Positions 22,418-32,341 of a stretch of 64,000 nucleotides of DNA are shown one piece after another. The number at the start of each line of letters is the position of its first letter. Positions within the stretch are counted from its first letter, which is position 1. This DNA comes from an uncultured Gammaproteobacteria bacterium (GTDB lineage: Bacteria; Pseudomonadota; Gammaproteobacteria; CAMYKB01): assembly GCA_947258875.1 (NCBI GenBank), contig CAMYKB010000001.1, positions 120,037-184,036 on the forward strand, in the 5' to 3' direction. The notes below the pieces were generated by a model. That model was not told where the DNA came from, made no database searches, and was given only the letters and a program-made list of their open reading frames with translations. A program made the position numbers and the translations under genes.

Positions 22418-22633
22418 ATGGAAGTACTCTATCTGCTGGTTCCTTTAGCCCTGGCACTCATCATACTCATCGTGGTAATCCTTATATGGGCGGTTCGTTC
22501 GGGGCAATACGATGATCTGGAAGGTCCCGCACATCGAATACTGATGGATGATGATGCGCCTCACGATTGCGCATCGCCCACGGCCAGCGACCCAAAAGAC
22601 GAGGAAAACAGCAATCAACCCGGGCCACCATAG
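22418..22633 (+). CDS. ccoS: cbb3 oxidase maturation protein CcoS
   Basis: LYLLVPLAL...WAVRSGQYDDLEGPAHRILMDD. Confidence 0.95.
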   Translation: MEVLYLLVPLALALIILIVVILIWAVRSGQYDDLEGPAHRILMDDDAPHDCASPTASDPKDEENSNQPGPP

Positions 22634-22911
22634 CCCTCCTGTGCAGTATCCCTGCGCTCACTGATCCCCTTGAAATTCAATATATTAGCGATATTTTCGC
22701 GCTCTACGCAAAGAATATTCTATCCCCTGCACGCTCTTGTGTTGATCAATGTTAAAAATTGTGACATTGCCGCAGCCGTCAGCACGGACACAACAACTGG
22801 GTTATCATCGTTGCAACCTAAGCAATACAATTATTGGGAACCGATTGCGCACATCAATAACAAGCAATCCATATATCATTGACATCCAACACACGCCTTA
22901 TTCTGAAATCA

Positions 22912-24273
22912 ATGGATGCATACCCGCTAAATGCATCGTTCTATGACGATGAAATCGACGCCGAAGAAATTCGCCTACTCTACCGGAATATGCCAACGAG
23001 CCTGTTGGCTAACCTGGTTACATCTGCCCTGGTTGCTATCGTCTTATGGGGCCAAATCGAGCACACATACCTGCTTGCATGGTTCGTTGCACTACTCGCA
23101 ACACTCGGCGTACGCTACGTATTCCTGACAAAATACCGAAATGATGAGTCGGCGCAAAGCCTTCCATCGTGGAGATCGCGATTTATCCTCGGCGCCATGC
23201 TAACCGGAATAGCCTGGGGTATGACGATACTATTTCTTCTGACAATAGACTCGAACATCTACGATATGTTTATCGTCATAGTGCTCGCGGGTCTTGCCGG
23301 TGGCAGCGCAGCGAGCTTCTTTTATGTGCCCAGAAGCTACTACGCATTCGCAACTCCGACACTGCTTCCATTATCGATAGTTTTTATGTTTAGCGGCCAG
23401 CTTCCTTATATCGTAACCGGAATTTTGTTGATTGTTTTTTATTTATTTCTTATCGTCAACGTCAAACGCAGTCAACGCGCATTCCATTCAATCCTGAAAC
23501 TCCAATATCAGAATACCCATTTGATAGATAATTTGACGCTCGCAAAAGACGATGCTGAACAGGCAAGTGAGGCAAAATCTGAGTTTCTGTCCAGTATGAG
23601 CCACGAATTTCGCACCCCATTAAGCGTTATGTTGGGGCACGCGCAATTACTCGATCAGGACTCTTCCAGCCTGCTGAGCGAACAGCAAAAAAGCAGCGTA
23701 GCACGCATCATTGACAATGGCTGGCGGCTCCTCAAAATAGTCAATAAAACTCTGGATCTCACCGAGATCAATAATGGAAAACTAGATCTGAATATCGAAC
23801 CGGTCGATATGCACGATGTGGTAGACGAATGCCTGCAACAAATCAAAGCACAAGTCGATAAGAGAAACATCCGAATCTCTCTGGAAAATGCTGGGAAAAA
23901 TCTTCCACTTGTGTCCGCGGACCGCCACCAACTGAAGCGTGTTCTGGATGCATTACTTGAAAACGCCATACAGTATAATGTCGATGGCGGCAGTATTAAT
24001 TTCAGCTGCCAGCAAAACGATGAACACCGGTTATGCATTCATATCACCAACAGCGGTGAATGCATCGCAGCGGAAGACCAGGAAAAATTATTCCAGCCTT
24101 TCGAGCGTCTCGGCGCAACCAAATCGAATATCAGCGGAGCGGGGATCGGGCTGGTGATATGTAAACGCCTACTGGACATCATGGATGGTAATATCGCTTT
24201 TGAAAAAAGCAGTCCTGATGAAGGCACCACATTCCGTATAGAGCTTACTATCTGGGAAACAGCCAGAAAATAG
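22912..24273 (+). CDS. Membrane-bound sensor histidine kinase with no adjacent response regulator
   Basis: Several N-terminal TM helices, H-box FLSSMSHEFRTPL, ENAIQYN, FQPFERL and GAGIGL. Confidence 0.9.
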   Translation: MDAYPLNASFYDDEIDAEEIRLLYRNMPTSLLANLVTSALVAIVLWGQIEHTYLLAWFVALLATLGVRYVFLTKYRNDESAQSLPSWRSRFILGAMLTGIAWGMTILFLLTIDSNIYDMFIVIVLAGLAGGSAASFFYVPRSYYAFATPTLLPLSIVFMFSGQLPYIVTGILLIVFYLFLIVNVKRSQRAFHSILKLQYQNTHLIDNLTLAKDDAEQASEAKSEFLSSMSHEFRTPLSVMLGHAQLLDQDSSSLLSEQQKSSVARIIDNGWRLLKIVNKTLDLTEINNGKLDLNIEPVDMHDVVDECLQQIKAQVDKRNIRISLENAGKNLPLVSADRHQLKRVLDALLENAIQYNVDGGSINFSCQQNDEHRLCIHITNSGECIAAEDQEKLFQPFERLGATKSNISGAGIGLVICKRLLDIMDGNIAFEKSSPDEGTTFRIELTIWETARK

Positions 24274-24284
24274 CAGGTAATACC

Positions 24285-24324
24285 AATAAAAAAAGAGGCG
24301 TCATTAAGCGCCTCTTTTTTTATT
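24285..24324. terminator. Bidirectional intrinsic terminator
   Basis: AATAAAAAAAGAGGCG-TCATTAAG-CGCCTCTTTTTTTATT between convergent genes. Confidence 0.9.
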
Positions 24325-24344
24325 AACGCAAAAAAGACCAGGGC

Positions 24345-25244
24345 TTACTTATTGGCAATGTCTTCCAATTGTTTGGCGCGGATGATTTGCCCGCCCAACG
24401 CTGAATCCTTAGCGCTGCGGCCATAGGCTACACTCATCAGCGTGCTGTAGTAGGTCACCGGTATATGGAACTTGGTGCCGTATTTGGCATTGATCTTGTC
24501 CTGGTAGACTTCGACGTTCATCTGACATACCGGGCAAGGTGTAACAATCATATCTGCACCGCCATCATAGGCCGACTCAATGATCTCTTTGATCAACGCC
24601 TGACTCTTTTCGGGCTCAGAGAAGGCCAATGCGCCACCGCAACAGGACACCTTCTTCTCATAGTTTTCTACCGGCTCAGCACCCAGGGTCTCAACCAGCT
24701 TGTCGAGGTATTTGGGATTTTCAAACGACTCACCTTCTATACCGAAGGGTCGGTTGGTCTGACAACCAACATAGCCGGCGATCTTGATACCTTCCAGCGG
24801 TTTTTTGACATGCTTGCCAAGCTCCTCATAACCGAAGTCATCGATTAGCACCTCAACCATATGGCGGATCTTGTTTTCATTCTTGAACGTCAATCCAGCT
24901 TCTGCCAACGCCTGATTGGTTTCGGCCATCAGGTCATCGTCTTCACCAAGGCGTTCAGCTGTCTCACGTGTTGCGAGCCAGCAAGCAGCGCATGTAGCGA
25001 CCACATCCTGCCCCGGATTATGTTCTTCCGACAGCGCCAGGTTGCGTGCTGACAGGGTCAGACGCGGTAACTCGCCACCACCACAATATCCAATGGAGGC
25101 AGAACAACAGTTCCAGTCTGGAATGGTGTTGAGCTTGACGTCCAGTTCTTCACACATAGACTCGACCGAGACCAGATAATTGGAAGAGGACGCGCCCTCC
25201 TGTGAAGAGCAGCCCGGGTAAAATGAATATTCTTTAGTCGCCAT
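24345..25244 (-). CDS. hdrB: Heterodisulfide reductase subunit B-like (Qmo-associated)
   Basis: YPGCS, DWNCC, TCAAC, YVGCQ, SCCGG and PCPVCQMN (CCG domains). Confidence 0.93.
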   Translation of the reverse strand: MATKEYSFYPGCSSQEGASSSNYLVSVESMCEELDVKLNTIPDWNCCSASIGYCGGGELPRLTLSARNLALSEEHNPGQDVVATCAACWLATRETAERLGEDDDLMAETNQALAEAGLTFKNENKIRHMVEVLIDDFGYEELGKHVKKPLEGIKIAGYVGCQTNRPFGIEGESFENPKYLDKLVETLGAEPVENYEKKVSCCGGALAFSEPEKSQALIKEIIESAYDGGADMIVTPCPVCQMNVEVYQDKINAKYGTKFHIPVTYYSTLMSVAYGRSAKDSALGGQIIRAKQLEDIANK

Positions 25245-25262
25245 TAGTCTGTCCTCTCAGGC

Positions 25263-25895
25263 CTATGAACCTTTGCCATACTTTTCGACACGTGCCGCTT
25301 CGATTTCTTCGGCCTTCTTGAGCATCGCATGGAAACCCTTGGTATCTTTGACGCTGTGCCCACCAATCATTTCCATCGGACTCATGCGCTTGGTCTTCAG
25401 CATGCCGAGGCCAATACCCGCCATATTGAGCGATGTTTTGATACCTTCAACCAAACCATTCATGAAGTACAGACTCAGACCCAGCTTAAGTTCATTGACG
25501 CGCCCTTTCTTCACCAGGTTGTTCCAGAAGTGCTGGGAAAACTTAAACGTCGGCTGCTCCTTGGGCGCTAACCCTAAGCGTTTCGCGTAATGCGCCAGGC
25601 CGTGCATGATGTGGGTGATCGGCAGTTCACGCGGGCAACGCACAATGCAGTTGTAGCATGAGGTACACATCCACATCGAAGTAGATGTCAGCACTTCCTC
25701 GCGCTTGCCGGCACGAATCATCATAAACAGTTCCTGCGGGGGATGATCCCAATAGGGCCCAAGCGGACAGGAACCGGAGCACACACCGCACTGCATGCAC
25801 ATCTTCACCCAATCGCCTTCTTCGACGTTATGCTCGACTTCTTTAAGGAAGTTATTGCGGTAACGCTCGACCATGGCAACGTTCATATCACTCAT
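25263..25895 (-). CDS. hdrC: Heterodisulfide reductase subunit C-like (Qmo-associated)
   Basis: CMQCGVCSGSCP and WMCTSCYNCIVRCPR. Confidence 0.93.
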   Translation of the reverse strand: MSDMNVAMVERYRNNFLKEVEHNVEEGDWVKMCMQCGVCSGSCPLGPYWDHPPQELFMMIRAGKREEVLTSTSMWMCTSCYNCIVRCPRELPITHIMHGLAHYAKRLGLAPKEQPTFKFSQHFWNNLVKKGRVNELKLGLSLYFMNGLVEGIKTSLNMAGIGLGMLKTKRMSPMEMIGGHSVKDTKGFHAMLKKAEEIEAARVEKYGKGS

Positions 25896-25905
25896 CGCAC
25901 CACTC

Positions 25906-28164
25906 CTAGAACTTGAACGGGCTCATGCCGATCTTCTCGATCGTCTCAGCCATCTCATTGATTAATTTCGGTGCACGCTGCACATCGGTGATCGCCACCT
26001 CGTAGGTCATGACACGTTCGGTCTCAAGATTGAGTTGTTGCAACGTATCATCGATTTTGCTCATCCGCGTATGCGCCAACTCGGAACCCTTCACGAAGTG
26101 ACATTGATAGTCATCGCCCTTCTGACAGCCCATCAATATCACACCGTCGTAGCCGCTATTCAAGGCATCGGTCACCCAGATGGTATTGACCGAACCCAGG
26201 CAACGCACGGGGATCACGCGTACAAACGCGCTGTATTCAATGTGGTTCTGACCCGCCATATCAAGTGCCGGATAGGCATCGTTTTCACAGGCCAGCACCA
26301 GGATGCGCGGTTTCTCATCAAATTCGTCGGGCATATCAACATTCTTGATCTGCGCGCCGACCGTATCCACTGAATAGTTTTCAAATGAGATTACACGCAC
26401 CGGACAGGCGCCCATACAGGTACCACAACGACGGCAGCGTGATTCATTAAACGTCGGATATCGTTCTTCGTCCTCATTGATGGCGCCAAACGGGCACTCC
26501 ACGGTGCAACGTTTACACTGCGTACAACCTTCTTTACGAAACGTTGGGTAACTCAAGTCGCCGGAACGCGGATGCGCCGCACGACCCTTGCCGGCATTTT
26601 CCACTGCATGGATGGCCTTCATGGCAGCACCTGTGGCGTCTTCACGCGCTTGCGCAATATCCATCGGACGGCGTACGGGGCCGGCGGTATAAATACCGGT
26701 GCGGCGCGTCTCATACGGGAAACAGATAAAGTGTGAATCGGTAAACCCATGCACCAATTGCGGGACATCGCTCCCTTGCCGGTAATCCAGGTTCAGAATC
26801 GACTCAACGTCAACAGTGGCGACCACATCACCTTTATCAGCCTCTTCGCCTTCTTCCTCCTCAGCAGCCGCAGCCTTCTCGGCCGCATAGGGATCAACAC
26901 CGGAGTTAGGCAGCATGCCAGTAGCCAACACCACCAGGTCAGCCTGAATCGCCGTATCTTCATCCAGGATCAGGTCCTTGAACTTGACCGTGTGGCCATC
27001 GCTACCGGGCTCAACCTCGCTGACCACGCCTTTTGTGAATACCACCCCTTTCTGCTGGCCGCTGCGGTAGAAGTCTTCGCCGCCGGAACCGGGTGTACGC
27101 AAATCTGTAAAGATCACTGTGGTGTCAATACCGGCGTTCGCATCTTTAAAATACATCGCCTGCTTAATACTGGCGTTGCAACAAAAACCTGAGCAGTAAG
27201 ATAAATGCCCTTCCTTATCACTACGCTGACCGGCACATTGCACGAACACGACCTCGGAAATCTCTTTACCATCAGACGGCCGTTTAACAGCATCTCCATT
27301 GGCTGCCTTCACCAGGTCCTCGAGTTCGGCCTGGGTGACCACGTCCGGGGTCTTGCCATAGGCAAATTCTGGTAACTGGTTGGCGTCGTAGGGCTTAAAA
27401 CCACTGGCTTGGATAACGGCACCGACCTGGATCGTGCTAGTGGAACCACTTTCGGTGGCGATCTCCACATCAAAACGTCCCGGCGCACCCTCCGTTTTGG
27501 CCACCGTTGAATTAAGGCATACGGTGACATTGCTGTTGGCTTCGATCTCGGCAATCAGATCAGCGACTTCAGTCTCCGCAGGGTTCGCGTAGGGTGAACG
27601 CGTGGGGATCTTTTTCGCCAGCCGGCCAGCCATACCGCCCAGCTGCCCCGTCTTCTCAACGATGGTTGCCGGGTAACCTGCCTTGGCAGCTTCCAGGGCA
27701 GCGGTCATCCCCGTGATGCCACCACCCACGACCAGCAAATGTTTGTTCAACGATTGCTCGTCGCTGGGTTTTGGAGCATGCATATGCTTGGCCTCGAAGC
27801 AGGCCATGCGGATATAGTCATCCGCCATTTCCTGCGTGGTCTCGCGGGCCTCGTCGGTATCGGGCCGCACCCAGATCACGCCTTCACGCAGATTGGCGCG
27901 TGATACTGCAATGTCCTGGAAATTAAACGCCTCGTTCTTGGCGCGGCGTGAACAGGCAGCTATCACTGCGTTGCTGACCTCACCAGCGTCGATATCAGCC
28001 TGAATCATGTCAACGCCTGCTTGACTGCACAAGAAGTCGTGCGTCTTGGCATAGGTAGCTTTGCCTTCACGCGTTGCGATCATTTCCATCTGGCTGGCAT
28101 CAAGGCGGTCACCTATGCCGCAACCTGTGCAGATATAAGTACCCATTTTCATTTCGTCTGCCAC
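25906..28164 (-). CDS. qmoB: QmoB (HdrA-like FAD/Fe-S protein with C-terminal MvhD domain)
   Basis: YICTGCGIG, NLREGVIW, FVQCAGQRS, SHFICFPYETRRTGIY, CTQCKRCTVECPF, CENDAYPALD and PVRCLGS. Confidence 0.95.
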   Translation of the reverse strand: MADEMKMGTYICTGCGIGDRLDASQMEMIATREGKATYAKTHDFLCSQAGVDMIQADIDAGEVSNAVIAACSRRAKNEAFNFQDIAVSRANLREGVIWVRPDTDEARETTQEMADDYIRMACFEAKHMHAPKPSDEQSLNKHLLVVGGGITGMTAALEAAKAGYPATIVEKTGQLGGMAGRLAKKIPTRSPYANPAETEVADLIAEIEANSNVTVCLNSTVAKTEGAPGRFDVEIATESGSTSTIQVGAVIQASGFKPYDANQLPEFAYGKTPDVVTQAELEDLVKAANGDAVKRPSDGKEISEVVFVQCAGQRSDKEGHLSYCSGFCCNASIKQAMYFKDANAGIDTTVIFTDLRTPGSGGEDFYRSGQQKGVVFTKGVVSEVEPGSDGHTVKFKDLILDEDTAIQADLVVLATGMLPNSGVDPYAAEKAAAAEEEEGEEADKGDVVATVDVESILNLDYRQGSDVPQLVHGFTDSHFICFPYETRRTGIYTAGPVRRPMDIAQAREDATGAAMKAIHAVENAGKGRAAHPRSGDLSYPTFRKEGCTQCKRCTVECPFGAINEDEERYPTFNESRCRRCGTCMGACPVRVISFENYSVDTVGAQIKNVDMPDEFDEKPRILVLACENDAYPALDMAGQNHIEYSAFVRVIPVRCLGSVNTIWVTDALNSGYDGVILMGCQKGDDYQCHFVKGSELAHTRMSKIDDTLQQLNLETERVMTYEVAITDVQRAPKLINEMAETIEKIGMSPFKF

Positions 28165-28166
28165 GA

Positions 28167-29453
28167 TTAACCCTCCGTACCCGCAACGCGGTTAACAATC
28201 TGAATAGCACGCAACGCACTGGCAGTCGCATGTTGCACCGCGCGGTTCACATCCAAGGCATCAGACGCCGAGCCTGCCGCAAAAATACCGCCATTGGCAT
28301 CGTCCGGTTCGATAAAGCCGTCCTGATTAATTACAATATCAACCGGGAAGTTGTCTTTATCAACGCTGGGCTCCATACCAACGGCCAGCACAACCAGGTC
28401 ATGCGCTTCGGCATAGCGGTTATAGCCTTCGGTATCGACCCCGTGACACACCGGGTTGCCGCTAGCCTTGTCTTCTTCGATCTTGGCAACCTTGGACTTC
28501 ACGAACTTCACCTTAGGGTCATCCTGGACCTTCTTGTAAAAGTCCTCGAAGCGATCTATGGCGCGGATATCGATGTAATAGATCGTCACCTGACCATCAT
28601 CACTGTACTTTTCTCGGATATAGGTGCTCTGTTTGAGTGACGCCATACAGCAGATGCGCGAGCAATGCCGTAGGTGATTACGATCGCGCGAGCCGGCGCA
28701 TTGGATGAAGGCGACATTCTTGGCCTCTTTGCCATCCGAGGGGCGCACCAGCTTGCCACCAGTGGGGCCGAAGGGATCCATCATACGTTCCAACTCGACG
28801 CTGGTAATGACATTATCGATACGGTCATAGCCATAGGGCTGGATTTTGCCGGCATCATAGGGGCGCCAACCGGTCGCCCAAACCACAGCGCCGGCTTTCA
28901 ATTCGATGGTCTCTTCCTGCATGTCGAGATCAATCGCACCGTATTTACAAGCCTCTTTGGCCTTGTCGGCATCGGCTGTACCAATGACGCGTGGATCGAG
29001 CACATAACGCTGCGGATGCGCCATATTATAGGGCAGATAGGCGCCCTTGCGCTTGTCCATGTCATAGTTGAACTCGTTATCGAACTCGGCCTCTACAGCA
29101 TCCGCGCAGGCACCACAGCCCGTACAATTCTCGTTCACATAGCGGGGACTGATTTTGATAATCGCCGTGTAATCACCCGTGCTACCGGCAATATCGGTCA
29201 CCTCCGCCATAGTAACGATACTGAGATTAGCGTTCGCCTTCATACGACGCTGGTTGATCTCCAGGCCGCAGGTCGGGAAACAGAGTTTGGGAAAATATTT
29301 ATAGAGTTGGGTAATACGCCCACCTATAAAAGGACGCTTTTCAACCAATACCACATCTTTACCGGTTTCGGCGGCCTCGAGTGCAGCGGTAATCCCGCTA
29401 ATACCCCCACCGACAACCAGTATTGTCTGGTTGGTTGCGACTATATCCGTCAT
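28167..29453 (-). CDS. qmoA: QmoA (HdrA-like flavoprotein)
   Basis: GGGISGITAALEAAE, KYFPKLCFPTCGLEIN and FIQCAGSRDRNHLRHCSRICCMASLKQ. Confidence 0.95.
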   Translation of the reverse strand: MTDIVATNQTILVVGGGISGITAALEAAETGKDVVLVEKRPFIGGRITQLYKYFPKLCFPTCGLEINQRRMKANANLSIVTMAEVTDIAGSTGDYTAIIKISPRYVNENCTGCGACADAVEAEFDNEFNYDMDKRKGAYLPYNMAHPQRYVLDPRVIGTADADKAKEACKYGAIDLDMQEETIELKAGAVVWATGWRPYDAGKIQPYGYDRIDNVITSVELERMMDPFGPTGGKLVRPSDGKEAKNVAFIQCAGSRDRNHLRHCSRICCMASLKQSTYIREKYSDDGQVTIYYIDIRAIDRFEDFYKKVQDDPKVKFVKSKVAKIEEDKASGNPVCHGVDTEGYNRYAEAHDLVVLAVGMEPSVDKDNFPVDIVINQDGFIEPDDANGGIFAAGSASDALDVNRAVQHATASALRAIQIVNRVAGTEG

Positions 29454-29539
29454 GGATATCCTCCATCGAGCTTGGGAAATTTCAGATGCGCCAAGGTGCG
29501 CGTTATTATCATTTTATATCTAGAGCGACGGCCCACAAT

Positions 29540-29553
29540 TTGATCAGGCGCAA
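29540..29553 (-). promoter_or_regulatory. Possible FNR/CRP-family box with class II geometry upstream of qmoA
   Basis: Plus strand TTGAT-CAGG-CGCAA (2 mismatches). A minus-strand -10-like TAAAAT at 29516-29511 gives about -42 spacing. Confidence 0.45.
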
Positions 29554-29782
29554 CAAATGTCCACGGCCAATGGGCCGGAACCAATATAACCAAAAAAGAT
29601 ACCCTTAATCGTCACGTTAAGCCAGCGCTTTTAATGGCAAGCATAGATAGAGATTTCGTATGCGCAAATAGAATGAGCGTATATCCACTCGAATTGGAGT
29701 GAATAAACTGCCAGCTTGCCAAAATCCGGCCAGCACTGTAAGTTTTGATCGCATTCAATACCCCACAATCGGTCAAGTAATT

Positions 29783-30595
29783 ATGAAGGCTCGCGCACTC
29801 AAACCCGAAGAATACATCATCGAGGATGAACCCTATTATGAGCCGGTAGGACACGAAATCGAGGTCTTTGATGCCGCCTACAACAACCAGCTGCCCGTGC
29901 TCCTCAAAGGCCCCACGGGTTGTGGTAAAACCCGTTTCATGGAATACATGGGCTGGCGCCTGAAGCGCCCACTGATCACCGTTTCCTGCCACGACGACCT
30001 CACCGCCTCCGACCTTGTCGGTCGCTACCTCGTCACCGGCGGCGAAACCGTCTGGGTCGATGGCCCGCTGGCTCGCGCGGTACGTAGTGGCAGCATCTGC
30101 TACCTCGACGAAGTCGTCGAAGCCCGCAAGGACACCACCGTCGTCATCCACCCCCTGTGCGACGACCGCCGCGTATTACCCATGGAAAAACTCGGTGAAT
30201 TATTGGAAGCCTCCCCCGAATTCTGTATGGCCATCTCCTATAACCCCGGTTACCAAAGCGTGCTCAAAGATCTCAAACAAAGCACACGCCAACGCTTCGT
30301 GGCACTCGAATTCGACTACCCCAACGCAGCCGTCGAACAAAAAATCATCGAAACCGAAACCGGCGTCGACACCAACACCGCCAAACAACTCGTCAAATTC
30401 GCCCACATGACCCGCAACCTCAAAGGCAACGGCCTCGACGAAGGCGCAAGCACGCGCCTGTTGGTGCATGCCGGTAAGTTGATTATCTCAGGTGTTGATC
30501 CGGTGACGTCGTGTAGCAGTGCAATTGCGCAGGCCTTGACGGATGATGCGGAGATGTTGACGGCGGTGAATGAATTGAGCTCATCGGTGTTTTGA
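29783..30595 (+). CDS. CbbQ/NirQ/NorQ-family MoxR AAA+ ATPase
   Basis: EPYY, Walker [22 protein letters not shown], Walker [23 protein letters not shown] and [11 protein letters not shown]. Start set at ATG 29783. Confidence 0.95.
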   Translation: MKARALKPEEYIIEDEPYYEPVGHEIEVFDAAYNNQLPVLLKGPTGCGKTRFMEYMGWRLKRPLITVSCHDDLTASDLVGRYLVTGGETVWVDGPLARAVRSGSICYLDEVVEARKDTTVVIHPLCDDRRVLPMEKLGELLEASPEFCMAISYNPGYQSVLKDLKQSTRQRFVALEFDYPNAAVEQKIIETETGVDTNTAKQLVKFAHMTRNLKGNGLDEGASTRLLVHAGKLIISGVDPVTSCSSAIAQALTDDAEMLTAVNELSSSVF

Positions 30596-30599
30596 GTTG

Positions 30600-30866
30600 G
30601 TGTCGCTAACGCGACGATTATTATATGTGGGTATTCGCACCCACGGGCGAGGTACTTTTCTTTGCTTGTCCAAAGAAAAGTACCCAAAAGAAAAGACACC
30701 CGACGACTTGGCCCTACGGGCTACCCTGCGCTTCTCACGAAAATCGGCGTTCGCCCAACTCGCAGATCGCGATAAAGCCGCGCTCAGCTCAAACAGGGGG
30801 CTCACTTACCCCGATTTTCGCTGCGATGCTCGGCTACGTCGAACGGGACTAAAACCAAAGTCAAAA
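30600..30866 (+). repeat. Structured ~270-nt repeat element, copy A
   Basis: Multiple hairpins. The first ~95 nt closely match the reverse complement of 32516-32611, and the distal motif CGATGCTCGG is shared. Confidence 0.75.
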
Positions 30867-30890
30867 TCGCTTTTTTTATCTATGCGCGGC

Positions 30891-31199
30891 ATGATAAACG
30901 TTCCCACACATGTACAAAAAGATGAGGATCTCAAGCCGGGCGAGTATTACGAAGACTGCTCTTATCATCCTTGCTTATGCATATACGTGAAAGATGATGA
31001 AGTCTTAGGTGTTTCATTAGTTGATGGAACATATCCTAGAGGCTGCAGCGTGGATAATTGTGGGATTAGAAAACTAACTTATAGTGAAGCCATGCAGTGG
31101 AAATTTTATGGTCCACCAGATATAGCTATCGAACAGGAACATAGATGGTGGTCAGAAGACGACGATATTGCTCCATTATGTTGCTCAAAATTTGATTAG
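30891..31199 (+). CDS. Small Cys-rich hypothetical protein (AT-rich cargo)
   Basis: 102-aa ORF with LKPGEYYEDCSYHPCLC...GVSLVDG..PRGCS...CGIRKLT. The N-terminal half of the ORF-track 30597 call is translated repeat. Confidence 0.7.
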   Translation: MINVPTHVQKDEDLKPGEYYEDCSYHPCLCIYVKDDEVLGVSLVDGTYPRGCSVDNCGIRKLTYSEAMQWKFYGPPDIAIEQEHRWWSEDDDIAPLCCSKFD

Positions 31200-31211
31200 C
31201 ATATCAAACCT

Positions 31212-31241
31212 GTAGGCTGGAGTGAGGAGCGAACTCCAACA
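31212..31241 (+). repeat. GTAG-type REP-like palindrome
   Basis: GTAGGCTGGAGTGAGGAGCGAACTCCAACA, similar to 2451-2480. Confidence 0.6.
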
Positions 31242-31330
31242 CAAACCTCACACTTAATACCCAATCACGACGCTTCGCCATGCCTGTTACTTTCACCAGC
31301 GTCCTCACGAAGACCCAAAATCCCGCTCTA

Positions 31331-32137
31331 TTATTTTTTCTTTAAACTGCATAACAACAAAGGAAAATTTGGCTCTTTACTCTGAGACACAAGCCATTTA
31401 ATGTGTTTTTTTATATTGTTCAACTCATTAACCCCTAACCACTCCCAAAAATAGCTGGCCCTGTAAAACTCGAATATTTCATCTACGTCATTACCTACTA
31501 GCAACTCCATGGTTCGACTAGACAATAACTCCCAGTCATTAGCATCAAACAGCCTCGTCACATCCGTCTCTGAAGACAACGCTTCTTGAGGCTTTCCATC
31601 AAGAGTCGATAAGCGCCCTTTTGGTAATTTTGACCTAACAATTTTTGATAGTTGGGTGTAACCATTATTGGAGCTATCCATACCGCCGACAACAAAACTC
31701 AGAATTCCACCTTTTTTTAGGACTCTATGAATTTCATTTATCGCTCGCTCAATTGGTTCGAACAACATCAGCGCCATATGCATCGATACATGAGTAAATG
31801 ACTCATCACCCACGGGTAAAGCAAATACATTCCCATGCGTAAATACTGCTTTCGATTTTGAGTGATTCCTGGTTGCTTCCTCTATTTCATTTTTAGATAT
31901 ATCAATACCATGATAAGCAAGAAACGGAACACTAGCCTTTTCTAATGCAGCCAGGAAAAAACCCTCCCCGCATGCAACATCTAGTATTTGAGACTTGCCA
32001 TCCGCACTCTCCCTGATCAACTCAACCAGTTCCTCATAACTAGTTAATCCAGTTTCGGTATAGAACTTTGAAAAGCAGCGAAATGTCAGCCCGCTATTTT
32101 CATCATGCACACGTTCTAAATATTGGGTGAATTTCAT
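31331..32137 (-). CDS. Class I SAM-dependent methyltransferase (AT-rich cargo)
   Basis: ILDVACGEG, GIDIS, LPVGDESF and EIHRVLKKGG. Start set at ATG 32137. Confidence 0.9.
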   Translation of the reverse strand: MKFTQYLERVHDENSGLTFRCFSKFYTETGLTSYEELVELIRESADGKSQILDVACGEGFFLAALEKASVPFLAYHGIDISKNEIEEATRNHSKSKAVFTHGNVFALPVGDESFTHVSMHMALMLFEPIERAINEIHRVLKKGGILSFVVGGMDSSNNGYTQLSKIVRSKLPKGRLSTLDGKPQEALSSETDVTRLFDANDWELLSSRTMELLVGNDVDEIFEFYRASYFWEWLGVNELNNIKKHIKWLVSQSKEPNFPLLLCSLKKK

Positions 32138-32186
32138 AGATATCACAAAATTATAAGGAGTACACGTAGGACCAAATAACGTTTTT

Positions 32187-32271
32187 CTCGTTCCCACGCT
32201 CCTGCGTGGGAACGCATATCAATGTATCGTTTAACCCAGGTATGGGTTCCCACGGGGACCGTGGGAACCAG
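32187..32271. repeat. Inverted REP doublet (REPIN/BIME-like)
   Basis: CTCGTTCCCACGCTCCTGCGTGGGAACGCATA and, inverted, CTGGTTCCCACGGTCCCCGTGGGAACCCATA. Confidence 0.75.
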
Positions 32272-32341
32272 AAGCAATCAGTAATGATACCGAGATATGG
32301 ATATTTAGGTTTACCGCGCATAATGATGTGAGATTGGTTTT

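Noticed and set aside
24345-29453. Selenocysteine read-through in Hdr/Qmo genes
   Set aside because: All four ORFs are full-length with Cys motifs intact and no in-frame TGA.
28674-29543. Long antisense ORFs over qmoA, aprA, ccoG, putA and others
   Set aside because: Shadow frames of well-supported genes with no recognisable motifs.
29783-30595. Assigning the symbol cbbQ or norQ
   Set aside because: The family is clear but the client is not, since no Rubisco or nor genes are in the window.
30597-30890. ORF-track proteins spanning the repeats (30597+, 30625+, 30581-, 32351-, 32359-, 32151-)
   Set aside because: They are translations of the structured repeat. Their mutual similarity (e.g. 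VSLTRRLLY.GIRT.GRGTF) just reflects the DNA repeat.
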